This document shows positions 10,725 through 19,295 of a DNA stretch of 63,315 nucleotides, in pieces. Where the stretch lies: the NCBI GenBank assembly GCA_964582705.1, contig CAZOTE010000002.1, positions 1-63,315 of the forward strand. The letters are read 5' to 3'. This DNA is from an uncultured Eubacteriaceae bacterium. Its GTDB lineage: Bacteria > Bacillota > Clostridia > Eubacteriales > Alkalibacteraceae. Within the stretch, counting starts at the first letter, position 1. Every line of letters starts with the position of its first letter. Below the pieces are notes generated by a model. It was not told the DNA's origin. It did no database searches and was given only the letters and a program-made list of their open reading frames with translations. The position numbers were made by a program, and so were the translations under genes.

Positions 10725-12128
10725 TCAGTAGACTCTTCTTCCACTGATGTATTTTGCTCTCCAATACGCTGTATTGATTGAAGTTATTTCAACTCTTCTT
10801 CCTGGCCTAGGTGAGTGAATCATGTTGCCGTTTCCTACGTAAATACCCACATGACCTGAAAAAACAACTAGATCTCCAGGCATCAAATCGCTTTTCGCAA
10901 CGAATCCTCCGACGCTTCCCTGCCCTCCGCTGGTTCTAGGAAGACCTATGCCCAATTGTCTGAACACATACTGTGTGAAACCGGAACAATCGAAACCAGC
11001 TGGCGTCGACCCTCCACTTCTATATGGCGTTCCAAGGTACTGCCTTGCAGTAGCTACTATCGAAGAACCCAGATTAGACTTATATGATGAAGCCGAAGTT
11101 ACTCTCGATGCAGTTACCACCGGTCTTGATTTGGTGCCTTCAAGCACTATCTTGGCAATTGGTTCAGCTATTACCTTTTCGCTTATAACCTTTGATTTTT
11201 CCGCTACTCCATTTATGTATAGAACTTCTTTTGTTACTTCCTTTTCGCCGTTCTTGCCTTCCTGCTCTACCTTCGTTTGTCCGATATACAAAGAAGAATC
11301 CTTTTTCTTCTCGGTGGCATATGATACTTTTTCACTGACGGTCTCTTTTACCATCGCTGATACGTCAAGGAATGGTTTTTCAACGCTTAAATTTATAGTG
11401 TCTCCCGGCATCAACTCTTCAAGGTTTTTATCAGGATTTGCCTCTTCCAAGCTTCTCAAGCCAGTTCCGTACGACCTAGAAATTGTCCAAGCTGAGTCAC
11501 CTTGAGCCACCTTGTATGTCTGAATTTCTTCTGTATTTGCATTAACTCTTTCAAGTGCGTCAACTTCATCAAGTATCAAATCCGCTTGAACATTTTTTAA
11601 TATTACTTCTACATCTTGCTCAAATGCTATGTCTAGAACCTCGATATTATTCGCTGACCCGGCAAGTCTTTCAATATATGGTTTTTTCATTTGTTCCAAA
11701 ATTTCATTAGCTTCCTCGACAGTCGCTAGAATAAGCTTTTCTTCTCCGTCAACCATAATGACAGCCGCTTCCTGGAACACCTGAATATTTTCTTGCAATG
11801 CATTTGTTAAGCTGTCAATTTCCAAAGTCGAGCTTTTATCCACTCTCACTTTTTCGAAGGTTATTTCCTTTTCATAAAAAAAGTCTTCACCGTACTGATC
11901 TATAAGCTGTCTTTCGATTTCAGCCAATGCATCTTCAACCATCATTTGCTCTGATACATAACCCAGGTCCTGACCATTGAAGTACAGCTGATAAGAAAAG
12001 CTGTTTTGGTAGGTCAATACTCCTATAGCTATGGTCGCGGTAATGGCACCAGATACTGCCAACGCCTTTGCTCTGTCTTTTAATTGCCATGTCTGTACAT
12101 CTACTGTTTTCATCCAGTTTTTGTTCAT
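10725..12128 (-). CDS. Membrane-anchored peptidoglycan endopeptidase (LysM + G5 + NlpC/P60)
   Basis: N-terminal TM, YKVAQGDSAWTISR LysM, G5 (EQEGKNGEKEV), GFDCSGFT...HVGIY...MIHS catalytic motifs. Confidence 0.9.
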   Translation of the reverse strand: MNKNWMKTVDVQTWQLKDRAKALAVSGAITATIAIGVLTYQNSFSYQLYFNGQDLGYVSEQMMVEDALAEIERQLIDQYGEDFFYEKEITFEKVRVDKSSTLEIDSLTNALQENIQVFQEAAVIMVDGEEKLILATVEEANEILEQMKKPYIERLAGSANNIEVLDIAFEQDVEVILKNVQADLILDEVDALERVNANTEEIQTYKVAQGDSAWTISRSYGTGLRSLEEANPDKNLEELMPGDTINLSVEKPFLDVSAMVKETVSEKVSYATEKKKDSSLYIGQTKVEQEGKNGEKEVTKEVLYINGVAEKSKVISEKVIAEPIAKIVLEGTKSRPVVTASRVTSASSYKSNLGSSIVATARQYLGTPYRSGGSTPAGFDCSGFTQYVFRQLGIGLPRTSGGQGSVGGFVAKSDLMPGDLVVFSGHVGIYVGNGNMIHSPRPGRRVEITSINTAYWRAKYISGRRVY

Positions 12129-12175
12129 AACATTTCTCCCACACTCTTGATAGAGTTAAATTTTTCAACAAGAGT

Positions 12176-12227
12176 ATTGTAACATTAAATATACAAATGT
12201 GCAAACTTTATTTACAATTTAGATACA
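12176..12227 (-). promoter_or_regulatory. Sigma-A promoter with two WalR-like direct-repeat boxes
   Basis: Minus strand TTGCAC-N17-TACAAT with TGn; TGTATC-N5-TGTAAA (12227-12211) and TGTATA-N5-TGTTAC (12195-12179). Confidence 0.55.
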
Positions 12228-12501
12228 ACTTTTAAGGCTTTTTAGTTTCTTCATAATAATGAGGAATTTTCAGATCAAGTTCAATAACTGCTTTTTCTTA
12301 AGACTTGCAGAAGGGTGTTCGTTATTTTTTTGATATTAACTCAATCATCGTAACTCTAATCGTTATTTTGAACAACAAAGACCGGTTTTTTCATCATTTT
12401 CTATATATCTACTTAGTCATTTTAACTATATAATAATCTCTGTCGGAAATTGGTTAATTAAATAACTATCAGACAATTTGTTAATAAGAGAGGGGATACT
12501 C

Positions 12502-14037
12502 ATGAAGAAAAATGGAATCAGCCGTAGAGATTTTATTAAGGGCGCAGCCGCAGGGACAATCGGCGTGGCTGCAATGGGCGTATTAGGAGCCTGTTCCCAA
12601 GGAGCCACATCTGTTGACGACATCAATTGGGACAAGGAATCAGACGTCGTCATAGTAGGCGGAGGTGGTACAGGAGTAGCAGCAGCCGCACAGGCAGCCA
12701 TGGACGGGGCTCAAGTATTAATCCTTGAAAAAGCAGGCATCGCTGGAGGAACTACCAATTATTCCGGAGGAGTAATGCAAGCTTCTTCGACAAAGTATCA
12801 AAAAGAATTTACAGACTTTAAAGACGATACTCCTGAAAAACATTTTCAGCTTTGGCTTAAAGCAGGCGAAGGTCTGGTAGATGAAGATCTTGTAAAGGAT
12901 CTTGCATACGGAGCACCTGATCATATTGAATGGTTATCTGATATGGGACTTAAATTCACTAGCGTTTATGGTCACAGCGATATACCTTATATAGACAAGA
13001 ATTTGTTCGCAGACAGAATACACGTCTATGAAGGTGGCGGCGGCCATGGCGGCGGCGTTCCGATGGTTAACGCAATGTTGGATTCAGCAGTAGCAAATGG
13101 AGCTGTCATAGAATACAACACTGAAGTTACCGAACTTATAACAAACGACAATGGAGAAGTAATAGGCGTCGTGGCTAACCAAGATGGTAAATCCATAAAT
13201 GTAAAAGCAAAAAAAGGCGTAATACTCGCTTCTGCAGGAATCGACAACAACAAGCAAATGGCAAAAGAACTTGCACCACAACAATACTGGGCTATAACCA
13301 ACGGAGTACCTATGTGCGCAGAAACAGATACTGGCGATGGAATCAGGATAGCCATGGAAATTGGAGCTTCAGTATGCGGCTTTGGCGGAACTATCGACTT
13401 TTGCGGTAAAACCGGCGCTTCAACCGACAATAGGGTGCCACACTTCCCCGCTTTCATTGTTAACGGCAAGGGAAAAAGATTTGTTAATGAAGATGCTACG
13501 TACGCTTATCATTACAGAGCGATTTTTCAGCAGGAAAGCCAATTAGATGCTCCTACATACATGATATTTGGAGAAAGCAGCCTTTCAGATGAATTTGCAA
13601 GATGGAACAAAGAGAGTCTCGATAAGGATATAGCAGAAGGAACAGTGATACAAGGCAATACAATAGAGGAATTGGCTGCAAAGATAGAAGTTGATTCCGC
13701 CAACCTAGCTGATACTTTGGCAACATGGAATAACGAAGCTGCTAATGGAAAAGACAATCAATTCGACAGAACGACTGGATTAAAAGCAATAACAGGACCT
13801 TTTTATGCTTACAAAAATACTGCTTTCAACCTGGGAGCCATCGGAGGAGTAAAGATCAACACCGACGCTCAGGCTATTGATACAAAGGGCGAGATAATAC
13901 CAAGGCTGTATGCTGGCGGATTAAATGCCGGAGGCTGGATAGGACCATACTATCCAGGATCAGGCACTGCTATAATCGGTACAGTACATTGGGGCCGAAA
14001 AGCCGGAGCTCACGCCGCTAAGCTGACTTCCCTTTAA
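12502..14037 (+). CDS. Tat-exported lipoprotein FAD-dependent oxidoreductase (FAD_binding_2 / flavocytochrome c flavoprotein / KstD-like)
   Basis: SRRDFIK twin-arginine motif, LGAC lipobox, DVVIVGGGGTG, GGTTNYSGG, TGDGI, RFVNE, RLYAGG motifs; ATG after GAGGGG RBS. Confidence 0.9.
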   Translation: MKKNGISRRDFIKGAAAGTIGVAAMGVLGACSQGATSVDDINWDKESDVVIVGGGGTGVAAAAQAAMDGAQVLILEKAGIAGGTTNYSGGVMQASSTKYQKEFTDFKDDTPEKHFQLWLKAGEGLVDEDLVKDLAYGAPDHIEWLSDMGLKFTSVYGHSDIPYIDKNLFADRIHVYEGGGGHGGGVPMVNAMLDSAVANGAVIEYNTEVTELITNDNGEVIGVVANQDGKSINVKAKKGVILASAGIDNNKQMAKELAPQQYWAITNGVPMCAETDTGDGIRIAMEIGASVCGFGGTIDFCGKTGASTDNRVPHFPAFIVNGKGKRFVNEDATYAYHYRAIFQQESQLDAPTYMIFGESSLSDEFARWNKESLDKDIAEGTVIQGNTIEELAAKIEVDSANLADTLATWNNEAANGKDNQFDRTTGLKAITGPFYAYKNTAFNLGAIGGVKINTDAQAIDTKGEIIPRLYAGGLNAGGWIGPYYPGSGTAIIGTVHWGRKAGAHAAKLTSL

Positions 14038-14041
14038 TATG

Positions 14042-14082
14042 TTGTTGCTGAGAAGATTCTCTTTGGTCTTCTCAGCAATAAT
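14042..14082 (+). terminator. Long intergenic stem-loop after reductase gene (stabiliser or leaky terminator)
   Basis: TTGTTGCTGAGAAGA...TCTTCTCAGCAATAA; no U-tract on the plus strand. Confidence 0.55.
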
Positions 14083-14112
14083 AACAAGTATGAAACGAAG
14101 GAAGGTTTTATT

Positions 14113-14454
14113 ATGAGAATCGGTACATCGGAATTAATAGTGGTATTAATAGTAGCTTTATTGGTCCTTGGACCTGAAAAGCTCCCCTTTTATGCAAAGA
14201 AATTGGGTGGGGCTCTAAGCACGATAAAGAACTATACAAATGATTTTACACGCGAGATCAACGAAAACATACTAGAACCGATCTCAACAATCAAAGAACC
14301 ATTAGATAATGCTGCGAAGCCTTTAAGTAATCTAGCTGAAGAAATCAAGGCTCCGTTCAACGAAGCAAAAATGTCTGTTGAAAAAATTGGGCATACTGAC
14401 GAAGAGAGCTTTCAGATAAAAACAACGGAAAAGAATGCAGTGGATAACGTTTAG
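14113..14454 (+). CDS. tatB: Twin-arginine translocase TatB-like subunit
   Basis: IGTSELIVVLIVALLVLGPEKLP TM-hinge with LGP, long amphipathic helix, 113 aa. Confidence 0.75.
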   Translation: MRIGTSELIVVLIVALLVLGPEKLPFYAKKLGGALSTIKNYTNDFTREINENILEPISTIKEPLDNAAKPLSNLAEEIKAPFNEAKMSVEKIGHTDEESFQIKTTEKNAVDNV

Positions 14455-14483
14455 TAAAAATAAGGATAAAAAAGGAGAATCCC

Positions 14484-14651
14484 ATGTTAGGTAGAATCGG
14501 CACATCCGAACTATTGATAATTTTAGGAATCGCATTAATAATCTTTGGACCAAAACAGCTCCCAAAACTTGGCAAGACATTTGGTTCAACACTAAAGAGC
14601 TTTAAAGATGGAGTAGATGGCGATACAGAAGGTAATGAAGAAGAAAGCTAG
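14484..14651 (+). CDS. tatA: Twin-arginine translocase TatA (55 aa, absent from ORF track)
   Basis: AAGGAG RBS; translates MLGRIGTSELLIILGIALIIFGPKQLPKLGKTFGSTLKSFKDGVDGDTEGNEEES; FG hinge and FK motif. Confidence 0.92.
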   Translation: MLGRIGTSELLIILGIALIIFGPKQLPKLGKTFGSTLKSFKDGVDGDTEGNEEES

Positions 14652-14668
14652 ACTAGGAGTAGATTGAT

Positions 14669-15427
14669 TTGAAAAGGAAGAAGATCAGAAAAAAATCTAC
14701 CAAGGAAGTCATGGGCATAGTTGATCACCTTGGGGAAGTACGGAAAAGACTGTTTACAATTATCGTAGTCTTCTTTATTTTTGCAATTGCCAGCTTTAAT
14801 TACGCTGATGATCTGGTCAATATTTTGATTGAAAATTCAAAGAACCTGGGCTATTTTTTGGTATATCTAGCTCCTGGAGAATTATTCTCACAATATATTA
14901 AGGTTTCTTTGATATTAGGAATCACACTTTCTTCACCTGTGATATTGTTTCAAGTATGGGCTTTTATCAAGCCTGGGCTAAAAAAAGGTGAAAAAGCATC
15001 TGTTTTTCTCTCGCTTTTTTTCGGGTTGGCATGCTTTTTAATAGGAGCAGCATTTGCATATCTGATAGCAGTTCCCATGATGCTTAATTTTTTCATGACC
15101 GTTGACCAAAACCAGATTGTATCGCCGACAATATCCATACAAAATTATATAGGCTTCGTACTGTCGACACTGCTGACATTCGGCATTGTGTTTGAAATGC
15201 CTGTAGTGACAGTCTTGCTTACACAACTGGGTTTGATCAAGGCTGAATGGCTTGTTAAAAGCAGAAAAGTGGTAATAGTAATGCTATTTTTAATTGGAGC
15301 CCTTATCACTCCTCCTGAAGTAGTATCACAAATTCTTGTTGCAGTTCCCATGCTCTTGCTTTTTGAAATCAGCGTTATATTAAGCAAATTGATAGGCAGA
15401 AAAAAGAGAATAAAAGAAATGACATAA
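14669..15427 (+). CDS. tatC: Twin-arginine translocase TatC
   Basis: DHLGEVRKRL, WAFIKPGLKKGE, FEMPV, ITPP motifs; multiple TMs. Confidence 0.95.
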   Translation: MKRKKIRKKSTKEVMGIVDHLGEVRKRLFTIIVVFFIFAIASFNYADDLVNILIENSKNLGYFLVYLAPGELFSQYIKVSLILGITLSSPVILFQVWAFIKPGLKKGEKASVFLSLFFGLACFLIGAAFAYLIAVPMMLNFFMTVDQNQIVSPTISIQNYIGFVLSTLLTFGIVFEMPVVTVLLTQLGLIKAEWLVKSRKVVIVMLFLIGALITPPEVVSQILVAVPMLLLFEISVILSKLIGRKKRIKEMT

Positions 15428-15447
15428 TATAAATTAAGGAGATTAAA

Positions 15448-15801
15448 ATGAAAAGAACTAAATTTATGATATTATCAGTTATATTAATTGCGGTATCGGC
15501 CATCACCCTTGGTTGTGGGTCATCAACGGCTGTCTACACTGACGGAACATACGAGGGAACCAGCGATGCAGGAATGCATGAAGGCCTGAAGGTTTCAGTA
15601 TCAGTGAAAGATGGGAAAATTTCTGAGGTCAGCATAATTGAACATGATGAAACCGAAGGAATCGGTACATCAGCATTCGGTCCTGTCACGGAAGCAATTG
15701 TAGATGCACAATCAACAGATGTTGACTCTGTTTCAGGTGCAACAAAAACATCAAATGCCATCAAAGAGGCAGTTGATGGAGCCCTTGCTCAAGCAAAATA
15801 G
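15448..15801 (+). CDS. FMN-binding (flavinylation) domain lipoprotein
   Basis: Lipobox ITLGC; YTDGTYEG, HDETEGIG, DVDSVSGATKTS (ApbE-type SGAT site). Confidence 0.88.
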   Translation: MKRTKFMILSVILIAVSAITLGCGSSTAVYTDGTYEGTSDAGMHEGLKVSVSVKDGKISEVSIIEHDETEGIGTSAFGPVTEAIVDAQSTDVDSVSGATKTSNAIKEAVDGALAQAK

Positions 15802-15823
15802 TAATGAAGCGTTGGCAATTAAT

Positions 15824-17332
15824 TTAACCAACGCTTTTTCTTTTCAGTATCTGCATAGATATGTGCATATGCCTGCACATTTTATTGTCATCCAGTGAAA
15901 TTCCCAGGATTTCTTCAATTTTTTTTAGTCTGTAGTTCAAAGTATTTCTGTGAATGTGCATGATCTTTGAAACTTCATTTATATTTTTATAACATTCAAG
16001 ATAAGCCTCCAGTGTTTCTGAATAGCTGGTATGGTGCTCTCTGTCATATGCTACTAATTTATAAAGCCCAGGATATATAAAAATTTTTGAATTCAAGCTT
16101 TTATTGATTGTCTTAATAAAATGTTCTTCAAAAAAATCATTGTAATAATGCAGTTTCCCCTCTTCTCTTCTTACGCCAAATCTATATGCAGCTTTTGCCT
16201 GCTCGTAGTAAACTGTGGATTCTGAAAGCTCATAGAACTTATCGCTTATACCGCAATCTAGATCAAATTTCCTCAAAATAGAATTAATTCTTTCAATCGA
16301 TCCTTGAATCTGATTCCCATAGAATAGAAGCACGATATTTGACTCGTGGACAGTCGCCTGTGCATAGGGTAGCTCTAACATTATATCCTCCTGAAGATTC
16401 TTTAAAACCGAAAGGTTGAAATTGTTGATATCAAATGGAATGTTTACTATCTGATATGGAGCTTGCCAATTAAAATTACCGATTTTGAATGCATGATCAA
16501 TCTTTCCGCTATCATAAACATCTCCTTCGATTAGATTCGAAAGGAATGTCTGTTTGTATGAAATGCTTTCGTCGTTAGGTGGGTTGGTCTCCAATATCAG
16601 ATTGAGCACTATCATGCTCAGGGAATTTACGATTTCCAAATCGATCCTTATGAATTTTTCATAAGACTCAAGAACTCCTATCACTCCGAAAAAACGTTTT
16701 CCGTCAGATATCTTCCTGGCGATTCTTCTGAAATTTTGAGCAAATCCCCAGTCGAGATAAAACGGAAAGTTTCTTTTTAAAGTCTCTATCTTAGTATTGT
16801 CAGATTCGATCTGGTTCATAAGCTCTTGATCGGCATATCCTTTCTCCCTAATTGAATCCCATACAGGTTCATTTAATTTTTTGTCCGGGTACAATTCAAC
16901 TAGTCTATATCTGGAGTCGGTTACCGTAATAGGATTTTTTAAATATTTGAATGTAATCTCCAATATTCTCCTCATATCAGATTTGTTCAAAATCGCTTCA
17001 AAGACTTCGCTTCTATACAGTACAAGCTTATTCTCTTGTTCCAGTAGCTCCTTTATGATTTTAATGCTTGATTTTAAAAAATCTCTATCTACTATTATAA
17101 AATTGCATTCACAACCATACTGGCAGTGAACCGGCTGGTCCGATATGATTATCATACCACCCAACCTTTGTGTAAATTCTTCCGCTTTTCCATAATATAT
17201 AGTTCTTGAGTCCTTCTCTTTTGAAAATTCAGAAACATGACAAATTTCATTGATATCCCTATCCCTCACTTGGATATCAATGAAATCAGTTCTAAAGCTC
17301 TCAAGATGATTTAGTATATTCTCAATCTTCAC
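15824..17332 (-). CDS. PucR/CdaR family transcriptional regulator
   Basis: C-terminal HTH MHIHRNTLNYRLKKIEEILG, GISD GGDEF-like region, YDREHHTSYSETLEAYL; GTG start with GGAG RBS. Confidence 0.9.
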   Translation of the reverse strand: MKIENILNHLESFRTDFIDIQVRDRDINEICHVSEFSKEKDSRTIYYGKAEEFTQRLGGMIIISDQPVHCQYGCECNFIIVDRDFLKSSIKIIKELLEQENKLVLYRSEVFEAILNKSDMRRILEITFKYLKNPITVTDSRYRLVELYPDKKLNEPVWDSIREKGYADQELMNQIESDNTKIETLKRNFPFYLDWGFAQNFRRIARKISDGKRFFGVIGVLESYEKFIRIDLEIVNSLSMIVLNLILETNPPNDESISYKQTFLSNLIEGDVYDSGKIDHAFKIGNFNWQAPYQIVNIPFDINNFNLSVLKNLQEDIMLELPYAQATVHESNIVLLFYGNQIQGSIERINSILRKFDLDCGISDKFYELSESTVYYEQAKAAYRFGVRREEGKLHYYNDFFEEHFIKTINKSLNSKIFIYPGLYKLVAYDREHHTSYSETLEAYLECYKNINEVSKIMHIHRNTLNYRLKKIEEILGISLDDNKMCRHMHISMQILKRKSVG

Positions 17333-17400
17333 TAATTACTCCATTCATAATGATTATTTTAAAGGCTACTTTCCGTTAAATATTTATTTAATATCAATAT

Positions 17401-18399
17401 TCACCTCTGTGATCTTCCTTTTTCAAAGTTCCAGGCATCTCTGACCATATCTTCGACGCCAAGTTCAGCTGTCCATCCCAGCTCCTCTTCTGCTTTTTTA
17501 ACATCTGCGTAGCATTTAGCAATATCCCCTTGACGCCTTTTTGTTATTGAATACGGTATTTTTATTCCATTGATTTTTTCAAAGGCTTTTATAAGCTCCA
17601 AAACAGAGGTTCCTCGACCTGTTCCCAAATTATAAACAGAAGTACCCTTTTGTGATTTTTCGATAGCAGCTACATGCCCCTTAGCTAAATCAATAACGTG
17701 TATGTAATCTCTTACCCCTGTTCCATCGACAGTGTCATAATCATCTCCGAATACTTTTAGCTCTTGGAGCTTGCCTTTTGCTACTTGAGTTATAAACGGC
17801 ATCAAATTATTCGGAATCCCGTTTGGGTTCTCTCCAATCAAGCCGCTCTTATGAGCTCCCACCGGATTGAAATATCTTAACAATATCACTGATAATTGTG
17901 GATATGCATTAGAGACGTCACTAAGTATTTTTTCGCTGATAGCCTTGGTTTCACCATATGGGTTAGTTGTCGGCAAAAGTTCCATCGTCTCTTCAAAGGG
18001 CACCTTGTTCTCACCGTATACAGTGGCAGAGGATGAAAATACGATTTTATTCACTCCATACAATGTACACATCTTGCTAAGCAATATGGTGCTTACCAGA
18101 TTGTTATAATAGTATTCGATAGGCTTTTCAACAGACTCTCCCACCGCTTTGAATCCTGCGAAATGAATAACGCCATCAATATCATTTTGAGAAAATATCT
18201 TTTCCAATTCATTTATATCAGTAACATCGCTTTCATAAAACTTAACCTTAATCCCTGTAATCTTTTCTATATTATACAATATTTCAATTTTACTGTTAGA
18301 AAGATTGTCAGCAATTATCACATCATGCCCGGATTCTATAAGAGAGATGCATGTGTGGGATCCTATGTACCCAGCTCCGCCGGTAACCAGTATGTTCAT
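17401..18399 (-). CDS. galE: UDP-glucose 4-epimerase
   Basis: TGGAGYIGSH, KAVGES, YGETK, LRYFNPVGAH, GVRDYIHV. Confidence 0.97.
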   Translation of the reverse strand: MNILVTGGAGYIGSHTCISLIESGHDVIIADNLSNSKIEILYNIEKITGIKVKFYESDVTDINELEKIFSQNDIDGVIHFAGFKAVGESVEKPIEYYYNNLVSTILLSKMCTLYGVNKIVFSSSATVYGENKVPFEETMELLPTTNPYGETKAISEKILSDVSNAYPQLSVILLRYFNPVGAHKSGLIGENPNGIPNNLMPFITQVAKGKLQELKVFGDDYDTVDGTGVRDYIHVIDLAKGHVAAIEKSQKGTSVYNLGTGRGTSVLELIKAFEKINGIKIPYSITKRRQGDIAKCYADVKKAEEELGWTAELGVEDMVRDAWNFEKGRSQR

Positions 18400-18438
18400 A
18401 TCTACGCCTCCATGCAGTTATTATTGCCAGTCGCTCGA

Positions 18439-18960
18439 TTAGTCATCGTAAGTGCCCTTCTTATTGGCCTTTACCAGCTCTATTTGGCTTTCAAATAGCT
18501 GGTTTTGCAGATCCAAAATAGTCTTCCTGCTTTCCTCGATGTCATACTTGTATTGCTTTATCTTCTTGGAGTGCTGTTCAAGGCTGTCTCTTGAAGTTTC
18601 AAGTTCTTCCTTTAATCTGTCATTTTCCAGAGAGAGCTCTTGATAGATCTCGTTATTTCTACTGGCATACTCTTTGTATATACGAATCTGCTCTTTCAGC
18701 TCCTTGATATTCTCTAGGTTTCCTATCTGTTCATTGAGCTCATCGTTTAGCATCTTTTGGTTTTTTAGACATTCTGACAGGTTTAGAGCACAGAGCAACA
18801 AAGCCATGTTCTTATTCATCAGAGGATTTGACTTTTTTACATCCAAAAGCATATCATTAACTGTCTCGCAGATTTCATCCATATGCTCTTGTGATATGTC
18901 CCCAACCAATGTATATTCCGCACCTTGTATTTTAGCTATGACTTTGTTTTTATTATCCAT
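18439..18960 (-). CDS. zapA: Cell division protein ZapA with long coiled coil
   Basis: KVIAKIQGAEYTLVG, LLCALNL, coiled-coil C-terminus. Confidence 0.8.
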   Translation of the reverse strand: MDNKNKVIAKIQGAEYTLVGDISQEHMDEICETVNDMLLDVKKSNPLMNKNMALLLCALNLSECLKNQKMLNDELNEQIGNLENIKELKEQIRIYKEYASRNNEIYQELSLENDRLKEELETSRDSLEQHSKKIKQYKYDIEESRKTILDLQNQLFESQIELVKANKKGTYDD

Positions 18961-18995
18961 GACAAAAACCCTTCCTCCAGTTCATTTTTTGTTGC

Positions 18996-19268
18996 TTAGG
19001 CTTTTTTACTTTCTAAATCTTCAATTCTTTCTTTCAAATCATCTATTTTATTACAATGTTCAACTAGCCTTTCATCAACAGCTGTCTCACCTTCCTTGTA
19101 AAGAATGTAAAGCTTACTGCCAAGTTCTTTATAAATTCTTCCAAGCTCTAGCTCAGTCTTTTCTATCTCTATTCTAATTTTTCCGGACTCAATCAATTTT
19201 TCGGACTTTTCACCTGCTTTTTTTGCCGCTTCATTTGCTTTCTTGCTAAAATCATCAATAAATCCCAT
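18996..19268 (-). CDS. Hypothetical coiled-coil protein
   Basis: AGGAGG RBS; helical charged sequence. Confidence 0.7.
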   Translation of the reverse strand: MGFIDDFSKKANEAAKKAGEKSEKLIESGKIRIEIEKTELELGRIYKELGSKLYILYKEGETAVDERLVEHCNKIDDLKERIEDLESKKA

Positions 19269-19295
19269 AATAACCCCTCCTTGTTTAAACTTTAA

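Noticed and set aside
12230-17400. Tat-reductase cassette as a mobile element
   Set aside because: No integrase, transposase, tRNA or flanking direct repeats seen; horizontal origin cannot be shown from this window alone
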